Shown: positions 37,130 to 49,901 of the stretch, one piece after another
Layout: each line of letters starts with the position of its first letter
Position numbering within the stretch: the stretch's first letter is position 1
Assembly (NCBI RefSeq): GCF_009834535.1
Contig: NC_045697.1
Location: 75,766,001-75,830,000 of the forward strand
DNA: 64,000 nt
Reading direction: 5' to 3'
Source: Camelus ferus
Lineage: Eukaryota
Program-made: the position numbers and the translations under genes
The notes under the pieces: model-generated
Told to the model about the DNA's origin: nothing
Database searches by the model: none
What the model saw: the letters and a program-made list of their open reading frames with translations, nothing else

Positions 37130-39300
37130 AGAAGGAAATGGTATTTAGATATCACGGTCTGGGCTTCTAGGAGTGTTCAGTGCTTCTGAGTTAGTCCATA
37201 TTTCTGGGCTTCTTCAGTGAAAGACTTTTTTCAGGTAAACTACAACAGAAGTTTACATTGATACTATCAATTCAAATTTATGATTTCAGACACCATTCAT
37301 ACAAATGAACGTGAAACATCTTGTCAAACCCAAAACAAGGAATTATCAAAACCTACTAGGATTATGTCAAAAGGACTCAGAAGTCAACTTGAAGAGTTTT
37401 CCCCTATCAAAATGACACAATTAGAGCACTAAAGGGACAATAACTATAAGATGTTGAAACAAATCAAATACGTTTAAATCTAGATGTTTATAAAATGGTA
37501 ATTAAAAAAGAACTTGTCACCCTTGGAGGATGCTAATAAACCAACTCATTATTTTGAAAACTGATAAATAAAAGGAAAGAATTAAGCATTTACCCTGCCT
37601 TCCACATACTAACTCTAAGTCAAGTAATGAAAAAGTTGATAAGGGAAGTTCCTCTTTGTAGACATACAGCTAATAAATTAAGAAGGAAAGGCAGATTTAT
37701 AATATCACCATTTTACACCTTTTAATGAAATAATGGATATAGACAGTGGTCCTCAATGGCTGCCAAATCATGAAAATAAAGAACATTAGAACTTGTTGCC
37801 TCCTTATTAAGTATTAATGCCCCCAAAATCAAACCTGATTCTAATCAAGTCTTCAGGTCAAATGATCAGTTTTTAGTTAATGCAGAGAAAAGAGGAAGAT
37901 GTAAACTCACCATAAATGCAATCACTCAGATCCAAACTGTGGAAAACTCTACATTATAAATGACCCTGATTCTTCAATAATTCAATTACAGGAAAAAAAT
38001 GAATGGGGAAAAACTAAAGATTAAAAGAAAACTTACGAGAAATGTCAAGCAATTGAAATACATGAACTTATGTGAACACTGATTCAAACAAAAAAAATCT
38101 TTTTAAATAGGGGAAATTTGAAGAGTCCCTAGACTCTTGATATTAGAGACTTAATTTTTCAGTGTTATAATAGCACTGTTATTATATTTTTAAAGGAGTA
38201 ATTTTAGAGATACATATTGAACTATTTATCAATGAAATGGCAATGCCATAAGTACTTGGGAAACAAAACTGGGCTCTTGGAATTTAGAAACAAGATAGCA
38301 GGAGTGAAAGAAAAGGTGAAGATATCTTTCAGAAGGCAGAGCAAAAATCCCAAAAGATGAGAAAAAGAGGAGAATTTTTTTAAAGAAAGAATAGTACAGG
38401 AAATTTAGCATCCAAATATTAGGAGTTCCAGAAAGAGAAACCCACAGGAGGAAATAACCGAGGAAAATTTTCAACAAAATTTCTTATAACCGAAGGACGT
38501 GAGACTTTTCTGAGTGTCCAGTTCAGCAGATAAAAATCAGATACACAAAGCACAGCACTATGAAATTTCCAAACACTGTTCCTCAGTGCTCTGAAATTGT
38601 TTGGAAATCCTAAAAGCATCCAAGGAGAAGAAGGAGAGTTCATGAGCAAAGAATCAGGAGTAAAAAAGAATTGAAGCTATCAAGAAAAACACCAAGATCT
38701 AGAAGACAAGTGAAACAATACCTTTAGAGCTCTGAAAGAAAAGTATTTCCAACCTAGAATTTAGAATTATCATACACGCACTCTCAATGAAATATTGGAG
38801 AATATGCTCCACCTAAATGGAAAGAAAAACATGACATCCAGAAAACAGGAGATAGCTGGAGGGAATTCCCAAATCGATAGTGAAGGGAGATCCCAGGATG
38901 ACTGCTGTGTACCAGGTCTAGAGGATAATCATTCAGAATACTCTTCAAGAAGTCAGAAAGCCTTTGGAGAGCCTTATTTAAGAAGATGAAATGATGAGAG
39001 CACCTGAGGGGAATGACCATACTGAAAATAATTCAGACAACTGACAGTTTGGGATTAAATGAGTGATAACCACTTAGAAAGCTAAGTCATCAAAAAGGAT
39101 ACATTTATTGCACCCTTTCTGTACAAACCATGTTTCCAGGTAATCAAACAGTTGATGAGAGAAAAGTTCATACCAATAGAATTTTAGCTAATAAATGGAG
39201 AAGGAATATTGGCATTTAAAAATCACCATGTTAAACACCTGATGAGGTAATTGATACATGCAATAACAATTACTGGCTGCTGAAAGTATTAGGTGAAACA
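37130..39300. mobile_element. Cluster of old L1 (L1MC/MD/ME-like) remnants
   Basis: gattatgtcaaaaggactcagaagtcaacttgaagag..., and ORF1-like aggagttccagaaagagaaa...atttccaacctagaatt. Boundaries approximate. Confidence 0.55.
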
Positions 39301-39303
39301 TGG

Positions 39304-39825
39304 TGTCATGGCTAATTTTGTGTCAGCTTAACTGGGCCACAGGGTGCCCAGATATTTGGTTACACATTGTTCTGGATGTGTTGGTGAGTGTTTCTGGATG
39401 AGATTAACATTTGAATCAGTAGACTGAGTAAAGTAGATTGCCCTCCATAATGTAGGTGGTCCTCATCCAATCAGTTGAAGGTCTGAGCAGAACAAAAAGA
39501 GCTCCTCCTGCCTTACTTCCCTGAGCTGAGACGTTGGTCTTTTCTTGCCTTCAGAAATGAACTGAAACATTGGCTCTTGGATCTCCAGCTTGCTGTCTCT
39601 CAGATGGGAACATACACCATCAGCTCTCCTGGTTCTCAGGCCTTTGGACTTGGTCTGGAACTGCACCATCAGCTCTCCTGGGTCTCCCACTTGCTGACTG
39701 CAGATCTTGAGACTTCTCAGCATCCATAATCACGTAAGCCAATTCCTTATAGTAAATAAATGCTTATCTATCTCTCTATACTATACTACTGGTTCTGTTT
39801 TTTCTGGAGAACCCTGACTAATACA
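39304..39825 (+). mobile_element. ERVL solo LTR (MLT2-type)
   Basis: tgtcatggctaattttgtgtcagcttaactgggccacagggtgcccagatatttgg...ctggagaaccctgactaataca. Confidence 0.88.
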
Positions 39826-39960
39826 GATAGAAAAAGGAATTTTATAATGGAGAGATCAGGCTGACACCACCTGCATCTAGCAACATTAACACCTCTAAAA
39901 CTGGGACAGAAAATTTCATTTACCTTAAAATGTGATATAATAGGAAATACTCAGCACTAT

Positions 39961-40430
39961 TGTTTTAGTTTGGGTTGTTCAAAAAGCAAGCATGGAAAGA
40001 AGGACTCGAGTACAAGTCATTTATGCAGGAGATGATCACAGGAAACGCCATTAGTGGTGTGATACAGAAACAAGGAGGAAGTCAATAAAGAGTGTGCTAT
40101 CAAGCAGCCATTGTGGGTAACTGGAGCTTAATCCCACTGGGGGAACTCTGAGAAACAGTGTTGAACGTGTCCTTCAGAGTATATCCCCTGAGAGAGAGAG
40201 CTAGGGTTTCTATACAGCTCCCTTCAGTCATTATCAAGGACTACTCCCAGGGAGTGTGCATCCTCTGGTGCTTTGGGATTGCAATGCACAGCGGTAGAGA
40301 GGATACTAGTACCAAAAAAGGCCCTCACCCAGAGATGGCAGTGTATTCACAGATGAAAATCATCATGTCTTGCTCCACAACAGTAAGGGCTGAGGGGATG
40401 TGTACGGGGCACCAGAAGTGTTTGCTATAA
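39961..40430 (-). mobile_element. Old ERVL-class LTR (LTR16/LTR40-like)
   Basis: tgttttagtttgggtt...gtacaagtcatttat...ggagatgatcacaggaa...tgtgggtaactggagcttaatcccactgggg resembles a reverse-oriented ERVL LTR. Confidence 0.55.
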
Positions 40431-40551
40431 CCACTTATGAAGTGTTTTTTTTTTTTTTAAAAACATGTTTCTGTACTCTTTTATATGAGAGTATTTCTTT
40501 TTAAGAAGAGGAAAAACAGTAATTTTTCCAAGGAAACCATACTAGCCCACT

Positions 40552-40612
40552 AAAGAAGAAGGAGGAGGAGGGGGAGGGGGAGGGGGAGGAGGAAGAAGAA
40601 GAAGAAGAGAAA
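40552..40612. repeat. Pure purine tract (GAA/GGA/GGGGGA)
   Basis: About 61 nt with no pyrimidine, including three G5 runs. Confidence 0.9.
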
Positions 40613-42339
40613 CTGTCTCCAGAGGCAAAATATCATGCTGGAAGGAAGGCAAATAATAGTTTTACTACATGGCTCAGCTCACAGTCATACATATTTAGTC
40701 ATAATAATGTAAACTATGAATATAAACCTTAACAAGTTTGCAGTATGACTAGCTGGAGAGGTTGAGGGGATAAAATGAGTGTATGAGTATGTGAGTATGT
40801 GTGTGCATGATGCTGACAGAAGAGGAAAAAGAGATAAACCCTTATTTTCCATAGTGAGAAACCAGTAGATATTGCCTAAAATATACAGACCAAGAAGAGC
40901 AATACACCCATTATTTCAAGACATGGAGGTATATACCAAGTACGTAGTTCCTGCAAAATAAAGTAAAAGGGGAAGATGGGCACAGATGCCAGTTCACTTA
41001 CACAGGCGATGGAAAGAGAGGGAATTTCCATTGAAGGCCCTAATTTTCCATGTAAGCATGAAGCAAGACTGTTAATGAGAGAGGACCATACTTTGAGAAC
41101 CATTGTTCTAAATAATGAATTGGCATTCCTAAATATCTATACCTAAGTAATTAATCTTAGGCATCAAGATCCCTCTCATAATTTAACTGTATATTTCAAA
41201 TGTCATCAAAACTGAAAAGAAAATTAAATATTTTAAGCTAAACTGAAGAGCTATGAAAATTAGGAAATCCAAAGCAAAGCGTATTTTAACCTCCTGGGTA
41301 CACTCAGGTATTCTCAGTAAGATAGTCATAGTTAAGTAAATAAGCTTGGTAATATTGTAAGTCATTTATGTTGGTAATATCAGAGCATCAGTCTCAGAAG
41401 TTCATCTGGGTTGAATGGAATTAAACAGATGCCACACAAGCCAGAGGTAAATGACCATTAGGATCTCATTTACCCTCCACACTCCCTTGTTAAATTCTCA
41501 CCAACTGAGAAACTGGTGTGATGATTTGGAAGCAGCCAGGTATATTTGGTTTCCATCTCAAAGGAATCACTGCAGTTTCAAAAAAAAATTCCTTTCTTCC
41601 TAATCACTTCAAGTCTCTGGGGCTTGCCAGAAGATTTCTAAGTCAGTCTGTAGAGAAAATGACTCCTCTAGTCAAGGCAGTTCCGTTTTCTCCACATTTT
41701 TGTGGAGAAGATGTATGAAGATATGGAAAAGCTTATCTTCTCCATTACGGGGAATTTCACTGAATTCACTGAAACAGGTCTGAAAGAATCCTTGAAGCAT
41801 CACTTATCAATTTCATCTGAAGCATTTCCTTGTGGTTAACACTGTCATCAGTTTTTTTCTCAGAAAAAAAAAAGCCCCCAAATAGTGAATTTCGTAGGAC
41901 CAATTAGTAAAAATTATTATGTTTTGAAATGATGGCTCATTCATAATTAAAAGAAGATCTTCAGAGTGAGTGGAAACAAGTTGCCAGAATTCTAGGTTTT
42001 CTACTAATTATATGAACCTTGGGTAAATCATGTAACTTCAAGGGGTGGGTGGTGGGGTAATTGGATAAATTTATCTCAAAAGATTCTTCCTCTAAAATTA
42101 TTATAGGTTCTTAATTTGTGTGTCATCTATATCTGAAAATAATAATTTAATCAAACCCACAAACTGTCTTCAAGTACCTTACTATATGGAAAGCATTGTG
42201 TTAAGTAGTTTTGTATGTTAAAGTAGCTAAATAAATAAATAAATAAATAAAAATAAATTTTTTAAATTAAAAAAAAATAAAATAGCTAAAATAGTAAGTA
42301 ATGGGTGCAACACCAAACACACCATATATTCTTTTCCCT

Positions 42340-43470
42340 ACATTCTTTCAGTGTAATTATTGAGGTTCATCCGTGTTGTTTATCAATAGTTCATTCCATT
42401 TTATTGATGATTAGTATTTCATTGTATGTTGTTATGCCTTTGTCAAATTAACATTTGTTAAGTGAAGCATAGGGTGCTGGATGGTGACTTGTGGCTCAAC
42501 TACAGACTACAAGAGAAGTTGAAATAGAAAAGCTTATTACTTATACAGGTCCTGAGCAAAGTACATGGCACATCTTGAGGGACCACATGGCAGGGTGCAG
42601 GCAGAGAAAGAGGCAGGGCCTGGGGCACATGCCTTTATTAGCGTCAGTGGGTGGGTGCTTCGGAGCTAAGGCTGTATTGGTTAATTCAAACCAAAAAGAA
42701 TGAGGTTTTGTTAAGCTCCATGGGGTGGGGGGGTTATCTAACAGGCCCACCAGGAAAGGCCTTGGGAGGCAGGGGAGACTTGATCACAAGGCTACTGGGG
42801 GAGTTAGTTGCTGGTGACCCTGCAAGCTGTTTTCTGGGGCATGTGCTTGCATGATGGAGCTAGTGTCAGTTTAAACCCCTCTGTGCCCCCAAGGCCACTT
42901 GGCCGCACAAGATGACGCTGAGACAGCAGTACCATTGAGTAGCTTAGCTAAACTCTCGACATGTGGATATACCATAATTTGTTTATTCACCTGTTTGATG
43001 GATATTTGGGTAATTTCATTTTGGGGCTATTGCAGATAAAGCTGCCATGATCATTCACATACAAGTCTTTGTGTAGACAAATGCTTTCTTTTCCCCTGGG
43101 TAAATACTTAGGAGAGGAATGGCTGAGCCATATGGTAGATATATGTTTAATTTTTTGAAAACCTGCCAAAACCATTTTTCAAAGTAGTTGTACAAATTTA
43201 CATTCCTGCCAGCAGCATATGAGAATTGTAGTTGCTCCACATCCTTGCCAATACTTGGTATGGATGGTCTTTTAATTTTAGTCATTGCTGTAGTATGCAG
43301 TGGTATCTCATTGTGGTTTTAATTTGCACTTCCCTAATGACTAGTGATGTTAAACATCTTTTCATGTGCTTGTTTTCTGTTTGTATAGATTCTTTGGTTA
43401 AGGGTCTGATCAGATCTTTTGCCTATTTTCTAACTGAGTTGTTTGTTCTCTTATTAACTGAATTTTGAAA
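42340..43470 (-). mobile_element. L1MB-like fragment interrupted by an LTR
   Basis: ggatataccataatttgtttattcacctgtttgatggatatttggg...gtggtatctcattgtggttttaatttgcacttccctaatgact. Confidence 0.85.
42430..42961 (-). mobile_element. ERV solo LTR (probably ERVL class) nested in L1MB
   Basis: TG...CA ends (tgttatgcc...ctctcgaca) split the L1 motif cattgtatg|gatatacc. Degenerate 5-bp TSD tatgt/tgtgg. Confidence 0.65.
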
Positions 43471-44609
43471 ATTCTATATCTAGTCCATCTCAAACATTTT
43501 ACTTTACATCTGTAGGAGTTCGACATGGGTCTTTTTTTTTTTTTTAATATACCTTCCATGCCTCCATTTAACATGAGAAGTCTTTCCCCTACATGTTTAA
43601 ATATATGTAATGTAACTGCTTAATGTCCTTATCTACTAATTTTATTATTTGTATTTATATCTTTTTGTATTGATTCATTTTTCTCATTATATGACGTATC
43701 TTCCCTCTTCCAACCTCTTTTCCTCCTTATTAGACCCCTGATATTGTGAATTTTACCTCATTGAATGCTGCATACTTTTGTATTCCTACAAATGTTCTTG
43801 AACTTTATTCTGGGTCACAGTTAAGTTACTTGGAAACAGTTTGATCCTTTCAAGGCTTGTTTTTAGCATCATCAGGTGATACCCAAGCAACCTTTTGTTC
43901 ATGGTACCCTACCACTCAGAACACCATTTTGCCCAATGCCAAGGTTTTCTACTCTGGCTAGTGGCAGCACTATTCCTGCTAGGTATGAACTCCAGACATT
44001 TTCCCCTCTGCTCCTTTTAGGTGGTGTTTTTCTCTATCCTACATTAGTTTCCTCGCTTGCCTGTATGCTCAGGTAGACGTTCTGCCACCTCTGAAGCTTT
44101 CTCTATAGTATCTCTCTCCTCTCTAGCACTCTGCTTTGTCTCCCTTATTCCCAGCTCCGTCTCCTTCACTCAGGGGGACTCCTGTTAAGGACTTCCCCCT
44201 TCCTTCACTGTAACCTTAGAACTCTCTCCAGGTAGTAGAGCTGAGGCAATTATAGGGCTTACCTTATTTATTTCCCCGTATTTCAGTGATCACTGCCCTA
44301 AACTGCCTGGTATCTAATGTCTGAAAATCATTGTTTCATATATTATTTTGTTGAGTTTTGAGGGTTTTTTTTAACTATTTCAGGTGGGATAATACATCCA
44401 ATCTCTGACACTTTATCTGCCCAGAATCAGAAGTTGCTGTTTATGTGGTTATTGTTATAGTCATAACTTATTTGCTTTTTTTAAATTTTGTTTTGTTTCA
44501 CTATTTAAATATATATCCTTAGATACTGTTAATCACACCAATTTAAAAAATATACCAGGTCTTTAAAACTACTTTAATCTGTAAATTTACTTCTCCATCC
44601 TTTTTATTT

Positions 44610-45002
44610 CCTTACAATGTCACTAAAGAGAAATGGGGTACTGAACCAAGTAAATTTGGAAAAGAGTGGAATCTGTAAAACCAAAGGCAAAAGGAACTGT
44701 ATACAACCACTGTACTCTAGTTGATAAAGTCATTCCCATGAGTGTACAGGTTAATAATTCTGATGCTACTGTACACATACAATGGAATTGAACAATTAAG
44801 TAAATGGATGGCACAAAGTAGGAACCAGGTTCCTCACTGTTGTAGTAGGATCAGTTAAGCGAGGGATGAGGGTTTGGAAGAGGCTATAATGGTTCATTTG
44901 GTAATGGATTACAATTGGAGACATTAGTAAAAACTCATGTATAGCTTATTATATATATAGATGATTATATATATAGATGATTATATGTAGAAATACTTAC
45001 AG

Positions 45003-45055
<53 letters not shown>

Positions 45056-46165
45056 TGGTATGTGCATGTCTATTTCTTTGCTCTGTCGGCTGAGAGGACT
45101 CAAAAGAAATAACACCCCACTCATATTAACAAGCATATCTAATGCCCAGATCTTGGTTTCTAATGACACTTCCAGTAAAAATAACCAAGTTTCCTTGGAA
45201 TAATGGCTGATTTTAGGACTAGTGAAGGAATGTACAAGATGAGCCTGAAACATCCTATAGTATCAGAAAGTAAGAAAGTACAGAAAACAAAAACAAAACA
45301 AAACAACAAAATATCACATTCATGTAGGTCTGTCAAAAGAGCATAGGAACCAAATGAAAGAGTTCCCAATGGCCAAAGCTGGAACAATTTGAGTGACAAA
45401 ATAAAGTAGTATTGGATTATCATAAGTACAAAATAAATATTTGTGAGTCCATATTGATATAAATAAATGATTGAATAAATAAATAAGTGGGAGAAGAGAC
45501 AAATCTCCATGCAGAAGAATTCCAAATAATTTATGTAGATACTCGACTCTCAAGGAAAGGGACCATAAGTCATCACTCTTTAAATGTGGGCTGGGCACTC
45601 TTCTTCCCAAATGTACATTATGGAAATGGAGAGAAAAAGAGTAACCTTACAGTGAATAAACTTGACAAATACTACCTGAGACAGGTAATCAAGATCGACA
45701 TCAACAGTGATGTGCTGTTTACCTCTTTACCTCTGTGCTCTTCCTCCAAAAACCCATGGCTCCAATCGAATCATGAGACAAACTCCAATAGAGGAATAAC
45801 CTACAAAATACCTGGGCAGTAGCCGAAACTGTCAAGGTCATCAGAAACAAAAGAAGTCTAAGAAACTGTCACAGCCAAAAGAAGCTTAAGGAGACCTGAC
45901 AACTAATTGCAATGTGGTGTCCTGGATGGGACTCCGGAGCTCAAAAAGAAAATAAGTAAAAACTAAGGAAATCTGAATCAACTGTGAACTTTAATAATGA
46001 TATATCAGCATTTGTTCATTAAGTGTAACATTGTACCATAGAAAGGTAAATGTTAACAATAGGGAAAACTGGGTGTGGGGGTATTTGCAAACTCTCTGTA
46101 CCATCTGCTTAATTTTTCTGTAAATATACAATTATTCCAAGAAATAAAGACTGTTTAAAAAAAAG
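44610..46165 (+). mobile_element. L1MC/L1MD-like 3' UTR fragment
   Basis: tacaaccactgtactctagttgataaagt..., aactgtcaaggtcatcagaaacaa...gaaactgtcacagccaa..., aactctctgtaccatct...aaataaag. Confidence 0.8.
45010..45053. repeat. (TA)22 microsatellite
   Basis: Uninterrupted TA run inside the L1 fragment. Confidence 0.95.
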
Positions 46166-47560
46166 AATCCTGACACCCCAAAGCAAACATGTTTCTCTCT
46201 TGTGCTAAATCCCCAAATACTCACCACCCACCACTCACCATCCACTGAGCTTGCTCAGACAACAACAGGCAAATTCTGTTTACTTCTGGCGTCGCAACTT
46301 AATTTCTTCTCCCTCATGTAAAATGCAGCACTGCCCACTGACTGACTTGGTGTTCAGTTGTCAATATTCTACCCCTTCTCACTGACATTTTAGACCTGGC
46401 ATTTCTGTGGACTTAGCTGAATTTCGCTGAATTTTCTGGGTGCTGTTCCCTACTCTTCACCACTCCCTCCAAATAAATACCCTAGTGGGTGACTGCATGC
46501 TGACTCTACCATAGACAGACTAGAGGCCAGCAGAACATTTCTCCTGGTTTTGCATTGTTCCGTAGAACTGCTCTGCCTTAGTAGTGAGCTAAACTTGGCA
46601 CAACAGTTCCAGCTTCACTGGTATCCATGTGCTCTCTCCTTCCACCTGTCACCTTCCTTCCATAATTAATTTCCTCATCATTCCTTTCTGGTGGTCAGTG
46701 GGGGGAAATAACATGCCCAGAAGTAATTTTCAGAATATATTTCTGAGATCCTTTACAGAAAAATTCTGTTAACATCAGTTTCTTCTGTAGCTGTTAACCA
46801 GAGTTTCCTACAACAGTTGAAAAAGCTTACTGAGCAATTGGTTTACCAGCCTACCCTGTCATTCTACTTATTGTTGGGGCCACTAGTAGAAGTTCCCACT
46901 AAATTTGCATGCTTGTTAAGGGCCATGTCATAGTGGCACTTCTCCCCTGAGTAGATAATTGAATAGTGTGTTCTCATTCTGAATAAGACAGCATAAGTCC
47001 TCTCTCCCTGACATAATGTATTAGACTCTTCCAGACAGTAAAATGTGGGGACATAGTTGGGCTACCTCAGTTAATGGGGTTTTATTCTAAAGATGGGGGA
47101 AGAAAGGAAATAGGAAGTGCTTTCAATAGCCACACAGCCAGGATGATGAAGACAGCATCGCAGGGCTCCATATAATGGAACCTCACGTGTTCTCTGCTTC
47201 TGCTCCTACTGCTCCTACCCCTACCACTAACTGACTGATTTTCCCACATTCAAGCTACCCAAGGGACAGGATCTAATTTGGTCTGCTTATCACAATCCAA
47301 TTTAGATTAATTTTGGTAAAAGCTCTTGTGCCAGTTTATCTTTTAAGTTGCTGGCCAGCCTTCCTTTGGGTCAGGTGCCCACTCGAGTCTGGTCACCTGC
47401 ACCCAGGAGATGGGGTCACACAGACTAACACCCAACAATTAATTCATTAGGAAGCACCTAGATGGGGCTTGTAGGTCAGGAAGAAACTTAGATTCACATA
47501 TGCCTTTCTTACATAATAGACCTGTTTTTCACAAAGTCCCTTCCTTTAGAAACACCAATT

Positions 47561-47855
47561 CTTTCTTTTTTCTTTTTTTAACATTTTTTTTATTGAGTTA
47601 TAGTCATTTCACAATGTTGTGTCAAATTCCAGTGTAGAGCACAATTTTTCAGTTACACATGAACATATATGTATTCATTGTCACATTTTTTTCACTGTGA
47701 GCTACCATAAGATCTTGTATATATTTCCCTGTGCTATGCTGTGTAATCTTGTTTATCTATTCTACGTTTTGAAATCACAGTCTGTCCCTTCCACCGCCCC
47801 CCTGGCCCCCTTGGCAACCACAAGTTTGTATTCTATATCAATGAGTCTGTTTCTG
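47561..47855 (-). mobile_element. Camelid-type L1 3' tip with a perfect TSD
   Basis: T-rich tail followed by attgagttatagtcatttcacaatgttgtgtcaaattccagtgtagagcac. Perfect 15-bp TSD ttagaaacaccaatt at 47546-47560 and 47856-47870. Confidence 0.9.
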
Positions 47856-48219
47856 TTAGAAACACCAATTGTTTCTAATTTCTACACATGTTTTGTGGAA
47901 AAGGGGCCCATGATAAATCTCATTCAACAAATATTTATAAGTGATAACTAAGTGTCAGGCATAGTTCTATGCACTTAAATGTTTGGGAAATGTCAGGTTA
48001 AATGAAGTAAATATATTTTTATACTGCAAAATCCTTACTGATTTTAGTATGCCTTTATAAACCCGAGAGGAGGACTATCATTTGCATTGTCTCCCAGATT
48101 TATTAAGCTAGGAGCTCTTTTTCTGAAAGTCATTTCTTAAGCCTCAGACAACACAAAGAATACACCCAGAGAAATATTCAGTTTTACCCTTGAGCAGTCA
48201 AGGGGACACATGGACTGAA

Positions 48220-48742
48220 GTAGCCAAACTCCTCAAGGTACGTCCTCTCCCCTGATGAACCAACCACGCATCCTGCACCCTGTGTAGTCCTCTCCCACAC
48301 TGAACCCAGGCTGACCCGGTGACTTACTTTAGCCAACAGGATGTGCAGAAGTGACTGTGTGTCAGTTCCAGCTTACACCTGACAATTTAAGAAGTCTGGC
48401 CACCTTGTCAGAAGAGCTATGTGGAGAGGCCACTTGGAGAAAGAGAGGTTCTGATGTTACCTGGAAAAGACCAAGGAACCCAACCAGCAGGGGGAACAAA
48501 AACCCCAAATATCTGACTCTAGGAGAGCCATTCCAGCCAGACCCATCATTCAGTCCATCCTAGCCCAAGTGGCAGAAGTGAGTGAAGTGGCCATCCTGGA
48601 TATTCCAGTCCTGTCTTAGTAGTGAATCAACAAGCCACAGCCAAATCCCAACCCATGAAAATGAGGCATAACAAAATGGTTGTTGTTTTAAGCCAATAAG
48701 TTTTGAAGTAAATTTTCAAACAATGATAGGTAAACAAAAAAT
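48220..48742 (+). mobile_element. MaLR solo LTR (MLT1E/G-like)
   Basis: gtgacttactttagccaacaggatgtgcagaagtgactgtgtgtcagttcca...aaaatggttgttgttttaagcca. Confidence 0.65.
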
Positions 48743-49901
48743 ATGTTAACTGTTTTGGAAAAAATACTGCATAAACTTTATATATTGTGCCTAAACTATA
48801 TTTATAAATGCATGTGTCTGCTTCAGAAATGACTCATTTTAGAGGAAATACATTAGATAGTTATTTCTAAATACTTAAATAATTTCACTGTTTACTACAA
48901 TCATTTGAATTCCTTTACTTTTGAAAATGACCACATTATCAGTAAAAAATTACAAATCAAATACGGGAAGTTATGAAATATTTAATCACAGAGAAGCAAT
49001 TCAATTGTGCATACTTCTTGCAGTAAACAAAATTAAAATACTTTCATACAATAAGGAAATAAGGAAAAACTGATTGAACCTGAGACATCCATTAGTTTAT
49101 AATAGGCAAATCTAATTTGAAAGCACATCAGCTTGTTTAGGCTGCAACAAATATCAATAGCAGTTAGGAAATTATAAATTCATGACATAAAAACAAGGCC
49201 CTAATTTCAGTGAGGGAACATTATCCTGTTATTTACAAGCTTGGGGATACTCAGTATTTACCCTAAGAAGATAAAATGTTCAATTAAACACAGTTATCTT
49301 CCTTTCCTCCTCCTCCTTTCCCCTTCCCTTCTTCCTCTCACCCCTAATCTTTTCCTCCGTAGATGTCCAGAATACTACGTAGGTCACATTCTGAGTTTTT
49401 GTGAGATGGTGTTCTGAGAAGCCCACACATTTATTTTACACAAGCCAGTCAGAAGCCCAGATGTTGTGTTCCTATGCTGTAATATCAAGAAATCCTCTCC
49501 ATTTCAGGATTTGCTCCTTTCTAGGTTAACAATCTAGCAACATAAGATGCACAGGATCCTAAATCAAGCTCTTCACTCTTAACATAAAAGCTGTATTCTT
49601 GGTTAACTTCATTGTAGCATGATTTCCAGATATTCACACAAAGATTATTCCATTTGGATATTTTAGTATACAAAGTCACTAAAGCAAGAGTTATAGAACA
49701 AGAATCCAAATATTTGAGAGTAAGTTTTTATTCTGGAATTATAGGAACACATTTCAAGATAGTATGAAAAGACACACTAATAACATTATGTCCAATAAAA
49801 TACAAAGTTAATATTGTTAAAAGAAAAACTAGAAGAAAGGGAGGCGTCATGGAGGCTCAAAGACAAAACTTCCACTCTTCAAATTAACGTGTCATAGTAT
49901 T

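Noticed and set aside
44981..45822. Cluster of 90-121 aa ORFs, one with an IYIYIY repeat
   Set aside because: Chance ORFs in an L1 3' UTR and a TA microsatellite.
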